64,000 nt of DNA from Amoeboaphelidium protococcarum X5 (Eukaryota > Fungi > Aphelidiomycota), in the NCBI GenBank assembly GCA_023515725.1, contig JALDTO010000235.1, forward strand, positions 294,371 through 358,370, in the 5' to 3' direction. The position numbers were made by a program, and so were the translations under genes. The notes under the pieces are model-generated. The model was given only the letters and a program-made list of their open reading frames with translations. It made no database searches and had not been told where the DNA came from. Positions 1-11,099 of this stretch are shown piece by piece. Position 1 is the first letter of the stretch; each line of letters opens with the position of its first letter.

Positions 1-457
1 TCTTCGTCATCAGCTAGTAGATATGTTTCAGCCATCTGTTTTAACTTTGACACTTGAACTATACTTGGATTATCATTCAAGACAGTTGCACTTTGTGTCA
101 CATCACAAGCAACAGGCTTGGCATCTTCCGACTAAGGCACCTTTGGGGTATCATCATGAGCGACGCGAGACTTTGTAAAGGCTTTTGGCTTATAACGAGC
201 CTTATCCTGAACCAATACATCCTTCAACAGCACCAGCAAATTTCCATGCAATAAAGAGATTTCATGCTTCGCTCCTCTAGTTTTAGTAAGCTTAACACGC
301 TTTGCTTTAGTTAATGCTGCTAACTCACACAATATTTTAGGACCATCTTCCGCTGACATGCGACTTAGGCATTCCATTAAGACTTCAATCAGTTAGGTAG
401 TGTTTTTGTCATCATGAATTTCAACAATGTAACTCCGGCTAATAAACTGTTATCCAT
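1..457 (-). other. Partial, probably degenerate ORF of unknown function running off the window edge; possibly a second ORF of the adjacent MULE element
   Basis: Open under table 6 from about 450 to position 1 (includes track ORF 132..377). The upstream ATG at 457 is out of frame with it. No recognisable motif. Confidence 0.25.
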
Positions 458-581
458 AATTATAAAAAATGTATTATTTTTGTAATGTAGTATATACTAA
501 AACTTAGTAATGAAAAAGAGAGACGAGTAAATAGACTACCTAAAAGATGAAACCATTACAGTATTGTTGAAACAATGGAGA

Positions 582-2344
582 TCATTTTTTCTGTTTCGCT
601 TTTGCTCTCACTTTCCTGACGCGAACTTATTTAGCAGTAGGTGCAGTTTCTGGCAGTGTTAGATCCTAGACAACGATGGGTGCAGACGCTCTAGCTCTAA
701 ATTCAGTATATTCAATTGGTAACGTGATAGAGACTTTCTAAGGAGGCGCATGGAAAGGAGCTCTTGCATTACCATCAGCAATCGCTCTCAGTAGCCCTTC
801 ATACTCGTGAACATGAGTCTTCAACAATGAAATCAGATCCACCATTCTAGGATGGCCTTTAAAACCTTTATTCAATTTTCTATTATAACTCTCAAGAGGA
901 TTATTTGTACGATTGACCAAGACCTATCCTTCTAGTCTAGAAATGTTCCAAGTAGATATATCATATAGACCAAACCAAGTTTTCTCAAAGTACTTCCAGA
1001 AATCATTAATAATATTCATCGGTGTACTCAAATTACGGCACTGCAACTTTGCAAATTATAAAGCCACACCTCGTACTTCACTCTCTTTTACGATGCAAAG
1101 CAACTCGATTACCAACGGGCCAAGAATAAAAGTTATGTCAGGCTAATTGACTTTCAGATCAATCAGTTTTTTGCGTATGGCCTATTTAAAATGGAAGTAA
1201 CACCCAACAACATTTACCCCAGGAAACTCTTTAGAGACTGCATTTATAAGACCTTACTCAAAGTCGCAGGAAATTTTATCGGGATTCCATCTAAAGCGGG
1301 TCAAAGTTTTGATATTATACATTAGATTACGATATGTTATCTCGAATTTATTTTTTACCATCGCCCAAGCAACAGGATTATACAGATCGGTTTCAAAATC
1401 ATAAACCATAATTGTTAATAATTAATAGTAGCCACTGGGAACACAGTGAAAGGTGCCGTCTATAAACACGGTACTGCCTCTCTGAAGATGATCATAAGCG
1501 TACGTACTCCCCAGATTATATATCTGTCAACATTATCTGATCCAAGGCCATTATTTTTATACTACAGAAATTGCCTGCTGTCAATCATACTTAATGGAGG
1601 GATTTCTAATTTACTGAGTTCATCTTTAAACAATTTAGCGCGAACGTTCTCCACTTTATTGATAACTTGCTTTCTCTTCATCATCTGAATCACATGATCA
1701 GGATACTCTCTCAAATACTTATCATGTAAGGTGTTCCATATAGACACAGATGTCTTTTCTAACTTAGTAGCAGCAAACTCGATGGCCAACTCCTCCATCT
1801 CTTTTCGAACATCAACGACTCCGTCTTACAAAATCACACCTTTCAACTGACCGTCAGTCATGCTTAGTGTATAAGTTGAAGTCGGGGTAAAATTTGGAGG
1901 TGCAGCCATTATAGTATTAGCCACAGCGAAAACTTTTGGAGCCATTTTTGTAATAAGATATCCCATGTATAACGATAGTTTTAGCCCAACCAGTGGTATC
2001 AACAGATTACGGATGTGTTTCTATCTCATCACTGTTTACCAAGACATTTCCTGGCGCATTAATTATTCTAGAGATTACGGATTCAGCTTTCGAACTGCCT
2101 TCTTCATATTGAGACAAGGAATCGGCAGAGCACTTCCATCTGCACATTGAGACTAGGAATCTGCTAGCGAACTGCCATCCTCGTATTGAGACTAAGAATC
2201 CGCTTGCGAACTGCCATCCTCGTATTGAGACTAAGAATCCACTTGAGGACTTCCACCACCTTCATGCTGAGACTCTGATTCTGTATCTCTCTAAAGCTCT
2301 TATTAAATCCACTTTTCTACAAGATCTGAGTTGAGAAACTTCAT
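582..2344 (-). mobile_element. Degenerate Mutator-like (MULE) DDE transposase with N-terminal FLYWCH-like zinc finger, frameshifted
   Basis: Table-6 translation gives MULE motifs VFIDGTFHCVPSGYYQLLTI, ISCDFEQGLINAV, VVGCYFHFKQA and RTNNPLESYNRKLN. A Zn-finger-like segment SYYKNGSKSFRCGQYYNGCTSKF...KH lies upstream. Frameshifts near 2127, 1855 and 1500. Confidence 0.85.
2090..2282 (-). repeat. About five copies of a 39-bp coding tandem repeat (DSQSQYEDGSSQA-like) in the MULE N-terminus
   Basis: Unit cgaactgccatcctcgtattgagactaagaatcc recurs at 39-bp spacing (e.g. 2168, 2207), with degenerate flanking copies. Confidence 0.8.
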
Positions 2345-2639
2345 TTAAATATTTGATGCGGACTGTAAAGGAGTGAAGATATGATAATAATGATAGTAAG
2401 AACATTAACTATCATAGAAGAGAAAAAACTGACCAATGTCACAGCCGAAACAGTCGTCCGTTTATAAAGCAATTTAATCCACTGAGTTAAGTTGAGAATA
2501 TGACTCAAGAGGCATATGTTATCTTTGATGTTAATTGGAATAACTCAATGACCAAAAAAGCCCTAAATCAGATATTAGTTAAAATTAGTTTTAGTTAGAA
2601 ATAGTGTAATAAAATAATTCCCCTTTTGCAGATTATGTG

Positions 2640-3371
2640 AAAATTGAATGTTAAGAATTTGATAGTTATGTAAATCAGTCGTAGTCCAAGATCACTAAAA
2701 GGCCTAGATTAAGCGAAGCGTTCAACAGAGGCTCATCATCTCAGGTCGTTCAGGACTAATAAGTACGACCTATATAAACAGTTGCATAACAAGTCGAGGC
2801 TTACTTATCTTATTTACCTAATGAAATTGAAACTTAGTAAGATATAGTCGAATTTTGGAAAGGTACTGGTACAATCAAGTTTCCTGCTGTAGCTAAGGTA
2901 GCAAAAAAAATTCTCTGTATGCCAGCAACCAGTGTTCCTTCAGAGGAGGCGTTTAGCAGAGCAGGCTTTATGATATCTGATAGAAAAAACCGTTCAAGTT
3001 AAAAAATGGTCAGGAACTGTATGCTCTTAAAGAGTAAGTATTAAATCGAGAAACTCTGCTATGGAGATTATGTTATATATCAACCATTAGCAGATGTATT
3101 GGATTAGGATGTTGATCAGACGTCTGCAGAATGAAATCTGACGTGAGAAATGAAGTATTTAATCAATCAACATTCCTATATTTACGTTATATTAGTGCGC
3201 TTTCTACTAAACCACTTTAACGCGGATAAGTCAACTTGAGTCGACTGACTTGACTTCGCCAGGAATTCACAAGTCTAAGTCAAGTCAAGTCCAAGTCAAG
3301 TCTAAGTCAAGTCATTTTTTGACTCGAGTCAGTCGATTCAAGTCAAAATTGTCCAAGTCTGCCCAACACTA
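2640..3371 (+). mobile_element. 3' end of a hAT DNA transposon: C-terminal dimerisation domain, subterminal repeats and right TIR
   Basis: DIVEFWKG...KFPAVAKVAKKILCMPATSVPSEEAFSRAGFMISDRKNR is the hATC signature, with TGA at 3132-3134. An array of CAAGT/ACTTG motifs lies at 3227-3360. The terminus reads TAGTGTTGGGCAGACTTG on the minus strand, ending at 3371. Confidence 0.8.
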
Positions 3372-3440
3372 AAAATCGCCATTGTTTTCTTCTCTCTTTC
3401 ATGTACTGTACTGAATATTATACGGTATTGTAGGAACATC

Positions 3441-5576
3441 ATGCCACCTTCAATTAGTGGATTAATGTCCAAAAAGCAGGCGTCCGCCGTGAAAACTGAT
3501 GGTAAATAAAGTTCTATCAAAGAGACAATTACTGCTCAGGAGAACGTTCAGTAGTCGTCAGCTTCTGCAGCAACTGGAAACAAGATCAACAAGTCCCTGC
3601 CACCCACTTTATCTATGGATATAGAGTTTACTAAAGAGCAGTTAAAGGAGATTTTTAGTCAATTTGATGATAATGGTTCCGGAAGATTGTCGCTGGCAGA
3701 GATTGATAAATCACTCAGCATCTACTACCCAGACAGTATTGGCCGTCAGAAGAAGGCCATGATGGAGGCTTACAAAGCTGCCGATACGAGCGGAGATGGA
3801 TTCATTGGGCGTAAAGAGTTTGGGATGCTGCTGTACTCCCTGGCCTATTTTGATTAGTTGTAATAAGTTTTCAACGCTGGCGATGTCAATAAAGAGGGTC
3901 GAGTGGGCATTGATTCATTTAAACAACACATTGTACCTCTGTTGGTCAAAAATGGAGTCGCTGACAGTATTCAGAAGTCTTCGGGTATCGATTTGAAAAA
4001 TTCTGCTCAAGTGGAGTAAATCTTTAGAGCATTGGATGGAGATTCATCAGGATATTTGAGATTTGGTGAATTCTGCATTGAGATTGCCAAACTCAAGATT
4101 GATTCTCTGTTCACTGAGAGTAAAATGTCATTGAAGGATTTCGCGGTTCCTGTTAAAGGCCAAGTTGAGTCTTCATAAACAGTGAATAACAAGAAGGAGG
4201 ATGTATCTGAGAATGCTAAGCTATCTTAAGCTAGTGCTGTGTAACTAGATGTTGTTGATACAGATGATGAAGTCACTGAATAGATTGATGGTTTGCATAT
4301 CGATAATGATCAATAAGCTAGTGATGAAAAGCACGCAATTTAGGACCAGTTTAAATAGGAAACTTTAGATAGATTACCAAATTAGCTGAGTATTGGTATG
4401 AAGTTGACACCTGAAGCGTTGAAGGAGACTTTTAATAGATTCGATAACAATGGATCTGGGTAGTTATCTCTGGCTGAGATTGATAAGGCATTAGTGGAAC
4501 TATTTCCTAATTCTTATGGTAAGCATAAGAAGGCTGTGATGCGCGCCTATAAGTCTGCTGATGCTAGTGGCAACGGATATGTGGAGATTGAAGAATTCTC
4601 TATGCTGTTGTATTTTCTTGCCTACTACAGCGACTTGTATGAGGTTTATATTCAAGGTGATCCTTAGAAATCTGGCCGCATTGATTTTGAGAGCTTCAAG
4701 TCAAAGATTGTTCCAGTGCTGAAGAAGAATGGTGTTGATACTGAGCTCAAAATTAATTTATCAGACGCCAAGTCTGTCAAGTAAATTTTTGACAAGTTTG
4801 ATGTAGACCAGGGTGGATACGTGAGATTTGAAGAGTTTGCCGAATAGATGGCTAGATTGAATGTTGACAAGTTGTTTGTGAAGAAGACGACGAAGAAGTC
4901 TTAAGAGTCTCCTAGTAAGTAATAATAAGAGAAGAAGGCATCAAAAGTTAGTTAAAACGGACCTATATCCGCCAAACGCTCAAGTCCAACAAAAGCGATT
5001 CCGGGTTAGAAGAGTTAGACCACTCCAAAGTCTTCTTAAACTAGTAGTAAGACTGCTGCGACTTCGAACGAGCACTCTGCAAGCGTCTCCAATGATAGAA
5101 AGTATAAGCAGTTGTAGATTGAAAACTAGAGATTGCAATTACAGATTTAAATCCAGTCTGAGCAGATTGCCAAATTTGGAGGTAAAGTCGACTCCCTAAA
5201 GGCTGATAAAGCTCTGGCTCAGTTTGACAATTTAACGAATTAGATTGCGCAACTGCAAGACAAGCTGGATGTTGAAGGAGCCAGATATCGCGACATTCAT
5301 AAACAATTGATGGATGCAAAGAGCACCATCTCCAAGTTGTAGGTGCAGACGCAGAAAGATGCCAATAGTCAGGTGAAGAGCTCCGCTGTACCCGCTGCTG
5401 CTGCTGTGTCTGTTCAGAAGGAGCTCAAGATGGCCAAGGACGAAGCGGCGAAATTTGAAAAGATGTACATGGATACGTGTCGTAAAATGGAAGAGATTGA
5501 GCAGAAATGTAGAAAGTTGAGTGATGAGAATGCCTTGTTGAAGAGAGAAAAGATGGGTGGTAAGTTTAAAGCGTGA
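3441..5576 (+). CDS. EF-hand calcium-binding protein with two tandem calflagin/FCaBP-like modules and a C-terminal coiled coil (711 aa)
   Basis: Single ATG..TGA frame under table 6. Repeated motifs FDDNGSGRLSLAEIDK...AYKAADTSGDGFIGRKEF and FDNNGSGQLSLAEIDK...AYKSADASGNGYVEIEEF. Confidence 0.8.
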
Positions 5577-5811
5577 TTTTGTCTCTGAAGATTCTGTTCA
5601 CGTTCTCACGAATATGAGCTTGATTAAATATGATGATGGATTAAAATTAACGGTAGTTACTCTTTTAAAGTTAATATGTTGGTTTTATATTAGTAGTTTT
5701 CGGAATTCTTGATGTTGAGCTGTTTTGTAACTGGATCTTTTAGAAACTTTCTCTACGCGTTCGTTAGTGACTTTGGACGACTTGTTGATCTGCTATAACC
5801 GACTTACGACA

Positions 5812-7084
5812 ATGATCTCCGTGTAAACGTTATAACTGTATTGGGCAGAGATTACATTTGCATGCGTTGTTGTTGCGTATATTATCAAGTAAGATTGTCC
5901 GCTGTTTTTTTTGTTTGAATCTAAGTTATACAGTACGTACGGGTGATTAACATTACATTGTGTAGCATCAGCATAGGCAGAAGAAACAACACCGAGGCAG
6001 CACTGGCCGTTGAAGAGGGAATTGTGAATGCAATTGATGGCGAGTTATAGGCTGTTGGCGTGGAAGGTGACAGCGGTGCAGATTAGTCATAGAATACTCA
6101 ACTGTGGAACAGTGTGAATGGGTCTAAATTGCAGTCGCTGTTGGTTCCCACTGTAAATCATACTCATGGCAGCGCAGAATCATTGTTGGTCGAGTTGAAG
6201 TTACACGCACGACAAGATCTCCTTCTTGGCTACGTAATGGACTAGCTGCTATCTTCGCGTGGTCCTCCTGCTGACCAATTGTCTTTTAGTATACGTGTCA
6301 GAGATGGCAGCGGTATGGCGAACATGCTCTTACTGCTACTTGATTCCAGCATTAGTGTGAGCAGTGTTAAGACTGTGAAAGAGAAGCGTCATGATATTGC
6401 CACATTCGCCAAGGCTGTGCCTTAGTCCAAATTGTAACATTTGGGTATTACACTGAGTTCTAAAGTGCAAGTTTTGGCAGACGTTGTTGGTGCAGAGGCT
6501 TTGCGCTTCCTATTTGCTCATGGTTCTCCACTCACTTCATTGTTTAATACCGATTCCAAGCTGCTATTGTCAGAGATGATAGTTAGTGATTATGCAGTTA
6601 ATGCTCCTTCTGGGATCCCATTGAAAGAGTATAACAAGACGCTGGATCTGACTTTTAGTCTTAGATGCAGCATGACGTATGATGAAAGATTATAATGCAC
6701 TATTGACGCGTACAAATGTGTCAAGTGGATTCTACATTGCCTGTCTCATGAGTGCACTTGGTCTAATCTTGCACTTAAATCTGGACAGGATTTGAAGACC
6801 AAATGGTCAAAGCAGAGACAGGAGGTTATCGACGTGGAGATTAAAAAGCAACAGAAGCTTGCATTTGAGGTAATTTAAATCATCAAATTGACTTACATGT
6901 CATTTGGTAATAACTTATTATATATATGTAGTCTGCTAAAGAGGAAAAGTTGAGAAAGTAGAAGGAGCGTGAGGAGAAGCTGTAGGATCTACCTAGAGAT
7001 GTGCGTAAGAAGATTGAAGCCAAAGAGGCCAAGAAGCAGATTAAGAAGAATAGCCCATTTTCCAAAGCAAAGAAGATTAAATGA
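5812..7084 (+). CDS. CCDC47: CCDC47 / DUF1682 PAT-complex subunit homologue; introns 5889-5965 and 6870-6931
   Basis: TM segment YWAEITFACVVVAYIINISIGRRNN, LKLHARQDL motif and a lysine-rich coiled-coil tail. Spliced length 1134 nt is a multiple of 3. Confidence 0.7.
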
Positions 7085-7254
7085 AAATATAAACTTTAAT
7101 GAAATTTTACCTTTACGTGTCATAAGTTTTACCATTTAAAGAGTACGTGACACTTTCATTTGATCGTCTCAGCGCGTCACTTTCAGTTCGTCTCAGCGAA
7201 TCTGTCTTGAATTAACTGTAGATCTTCGACAATCATCAGAAGCTTAGAATAAAG

Positions 7255-7877
7255 ATGTCGCAATTACCAGCTGGTTCTAAGAGAACATTGCTGATTGCAG
7301 TCGACCATTCTGACCATAGTAAATATGTCTTCAAGTGGGCGATTGACAATTTGGTCCGTAGCGGAGATTATATCATGATTGTAACATGTCAAGAGCAACA
7401 CGGCAAGTCTAGCGGTGGCAGTAAATCGGTGTACACTGAAGTTGACTTTAACAGCAAGCCAGTAGATGCGGATGAAGAAGCGGTATGATGAGCTCTATAT
7501 TAGTATTCAATTAAGTATCGCTGTATACTATAGTGTCATGTAGGAGCGTAGCCGTCATGTTGCTCTGCTTGATGCCGTCCGTGCAGAGTTGAGAGCCAAA
7601 ACTGACCAACCGTCAAAAGCCTTGGTTATTCGCTGTGAGAGTCCCAAGACTGCTTTGGTGTAGCTGTGCACAGATAAGCCCGTAGATTTAATGATTATGG
7701 GTTCACGCGGTCTAGGCGCAGTCAAGAAGTAAGTTCCTCTTATATTTTGAGTTTTTACATATATCAACACTTGTCTTATGTCCTCGTTTGTGTAGAGCCT
7801 TGATTGGAAGTGTGAGTGATTATTGCGTTTAGAATGCACCATGTCCAGTGCTGATTGTGAGAAAGCCAAAGAATTGA
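7255..7877 (+). CDS. Universal stress protein (UspA domain); introns 7483-7543 and 7729-7795
   Basis: RTLLIAVDHSDHSKYVFKWA and IMGSRGLGAVKKALIGSVSDYCVQNAPCPVLIVRK; 164 aa after splicing. Confidence 0.92.
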
Positions 7878-7926
7878 AGAGTCAATGGATGACAAATGTA
7901 ATATTTGAATCTAAAGCGTCAATTAT

Positions 7927-8676
7927 TCAGTATTTTTGTAACAATTTTTTAGTCTTCCTCTCGATCTGTGCTGGGGTGTACTGATAACAGTTCAACTTTA
8001 AATCTTTAGCCATCGCCGTATAATCCTCCCCATACTTATCAACGCACTCTTGAATAAATTGAAGCTATCCTTCAGATGCCCACCGCACAGCTGGTGCCTA
8101 GTTTTGTGCGCCCAACAAAATCGCTTCAGCATAAGGATTCTCATGCTTAGTCTCTTATCCTTAACCACCTGACTCGATCTACTTGTCATCATCATCATCA
8201 TAGCCATTAAATCCCTCTTCAATTCCAACAACGTTACCGTCGACATCGCGCACAATCTTTCCTTCGCTGTAAACTCCAGTCTTTTATTGTCTGGCAATTT
8301 GTGCTCTGATGGCACTCAGCTTCTGTCTGTCCACACCATCCAGATCTGATACAATCTCATCCAACAGGCCACTGGACTCGACATCTCTCGGCGCGTAGCC
8401 GTTCATCAGTTTATCACCATCAATACCACCAGTGATACCATTGACGCGTACTCGAAGTCCCATTGTATCATAGTTCTACTCCACAGTCTTGTGGTTACTC
8501 CATATTTGTTCTTACTTTTCGCCATTCTCTAATTATAATGATGATTCTTGTAAATTCTACTGAATCATCTACGCTAACTGCACCGGCTGCGGTCTACGTG
8601 CTAGTTTCTTGTTCACCCTACGCGACACTTTCAGCGATGGATTCCTTCGCTTTCTCTTCTAACTTGGACGGGTCAT
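7927..8676 (-). CDS. NOP16: Nucleolar ribosome-biogenesis protein Nop16
   Basis: MTRPSQKRKRRNPSLKVSRR start, IWSNHKTVEQNYDTMGL, and CVDKYGEDYTAMAKDLKLNCYQYTPAQIERK; 249 aa under table 6. Confidence 0.88.
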
Positions 8677-8863
8677 ACTTTTATCACTTTAACAAATTGG
8701 TGAACTACCTGAACAGCGAGCGATAAGGAGATCAAGGTAATAGATCACTTGAAAAATAAAGAGAACGCGAAAATCAGTCAAATATGAACTTTATCAAGAT
8801 CGATCCCCCTTCATTCATTACATTGTGTGAAAAACAAGAAAATTATAAAATATCCGATACATT

Positions 8864-11011
8864 ATGGGTTTATCAAGATCAGATTTTGCTACTGAAGAAG
8901 ATTATAAGAAGGCGAAGAAGGCTGCCAAGTTGCTAAAGAAGGAGAAGGAGAATGGTGTTGAATCTAGTGGTGAAAAGTCCAAGAAGAGATCTGCCTCTGA
9001 GGCAATTGATGTCGCCGCCGGCAAGATTTAGGAAGTGAAAAAGGTGAAAACTTCTGTGGCTGATGCTGATAAGCATACTAAGTGTGAGCCAACTGTCATC
9101 AAGATTGATACGGAGAAGTAGGATGATTCTGAGCTAGATGTGACCAAATTCAACATCAGTGCCGGCACTAGATAAAAGTTGCTTGACCGTGGCATTAGTA
9201 AGCTGTTTCCTATCCAGGCATCCACCTTTAATCATATCTTTGATGGAAAAGATCTGTTGGGTCGTGCTAGAACTGGATCTGGTAAGACTTTGGCATTTGC
9301 TCTTCCTGTGATTGAACGCTTGAAGCAGGGTGGTGGCGATGGATGCAAGTATCCAAGCGTGTTGGTGATGTGTCCGACGCGTGAATTGGCAAAGCAGGTG
9401 GCATTGGAATTCCAGACTGTCAGTGGCAATTTGAAAGTGCTCACCGTTTATGGTGGTGTGCCTTACTTTGAGTAAGAGCGTGGATTACGCGATGGTATTG
9501 ATGTCATTGTTGGAACTCCCGGTCGTCTGCTGGATCATTTGGAGCGTAGAAATCTTAAGCTGTCCAACATCAAATTTGTGATTATGGACGAGGCTGACCA
9601 GATGTTGGACATTGGCTTCAAGGACTCTATGGAGAAGATTTTGGAAAGTGTCAAGGAGGCCAAGAGTGGGTAGAATGCTAAATTCTAGGTGCTTCTCTTT
9701 AGTGCCACTCTGCCTGACTGGGTGCAGAATGTCACCAGGAAGTACTTGGATCAGAAGAACATGATCACTATTGATCTGGTTGGTAATTCCAAGGTGAAAA
9801 CTAATGAAGACATCAAACATCTTGCAATTCAATGCTCATGGTAACAGCGTGCTGCTATCCTCCCTGATGTTATTCGCGTTTATGGTGGTGGATCCAAGGG
9901 AAGAACTATCATCTTTACCGAGACCAAGAGTGAGGCCAATGAGCTGGCACTTGGAAGCTCTAGTCAGGGCCAGGATGACAAGAGAGAAATTGGAGATCTG
10001 GATGCTCAGGTGCTGCATGGTGATATCGCGTAGAAGTAGAGAGAAATTACACTGCAAGGATTCAGAGATGGAAAGTTTCGTGTGCTGGTCGCTACTGATG
10101 TTGCCGCCAGAGGTCTTGATATTCCGAGTGTAGAGTTGATCATTCAGACGTAGCCACCAAAGGATGTTGATACTTTTGTGCACAGAAGTGGAAGAACTGG
10201 TCGTGCTGGAGCTAAAGGTATTAACATTTGCTTCTATAAGCCCAATGAAGAGTGGGCCATTAAGAATTGTGAAAAGAAAACTGGTATAAAGTTTAAGCGA
10301 ATTGGTGCTCCTCAAGTTGAGGATCTACTCAAGGCAAGTATCAGTGATGCTATTTAGAGTATTGACTCGGTGAGCAGTGAGGTCCTGCCAATGTTTTTGC
10401 CTGTGGCTGAGCAGCTAATGGATGGTTCAAGTCCGTATGGTACTCTGGATAGTGTCAATGTGGACACGAAAGAGGAGCAGGTTGTTCAGTTGTTGGCAAG
10501 AGCTCTCGCCGTGCTAACCAACACTTTGAATCCTCCCACGTAACGCTCTCTTCTCACCTGTACTGCTGGTATGACAACTCTGTGTATGAAGTTGCCTAAT
10601 GCCATTAGAAGTCCTGGATATGTAAGAGCTATTTTGGAGCGTAACTACCCTGACATTGGTCGCGATGAATGGAAGGGATTCAGAATGTTGGCTGATTCCA
10701 GTGGATGTGTATTTGATATCGACAGTAAAAAGGTGGACAGTATTGTGAAGTAGTGGAAGTTGAATGGCTCCCAATCCAATGCTGAGCTGAGTGTTGTTAG
10801 GGAGATGCCAGAATTGTAAGAACGCGACTCGTTTGGAGGTGGCAATGGTGGCTACTAGTAGCGCTCGTATGGCGGTGGGCAGAGAAACTCTTATGGCGGA
10901 TCCAATAAGGGTGGTAATCCTTACCAGCAACGCTCCAACTATAACAATGGCGGTGGTAATAGAAGCTCGTACGGCTCCAACAGATCATACGGTGGAAGTA
11001 AAAAGTATTGA
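8864..11011 (+). CDS. DDX21: DEAD-box nucleolar RNA helicase DDX21/DDX50 type with GUCT-like domain and RGG tail (715 aa)
   Basis: [75 protein letters not shown] and FD motifs. Confidence 0.92.
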
Positions 11012-11099
11012 TCAAAAGTGAAAAAGAAATAAAGTTTAAAGCATTATTTTTCATCTATATTTTTAAAGTTATATCATATCATCAGATTAAATATTGGAT

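Noticed and set aside
2090-3360. 39-bp repeats and CAAGT repeats as a CRISPR array or telomeric repeat
   Set aside because: No unique spacers and no cas genes. The first is a coding repeat in a transposase; the second is irregular, in both orientations and next to a hAT terminus.
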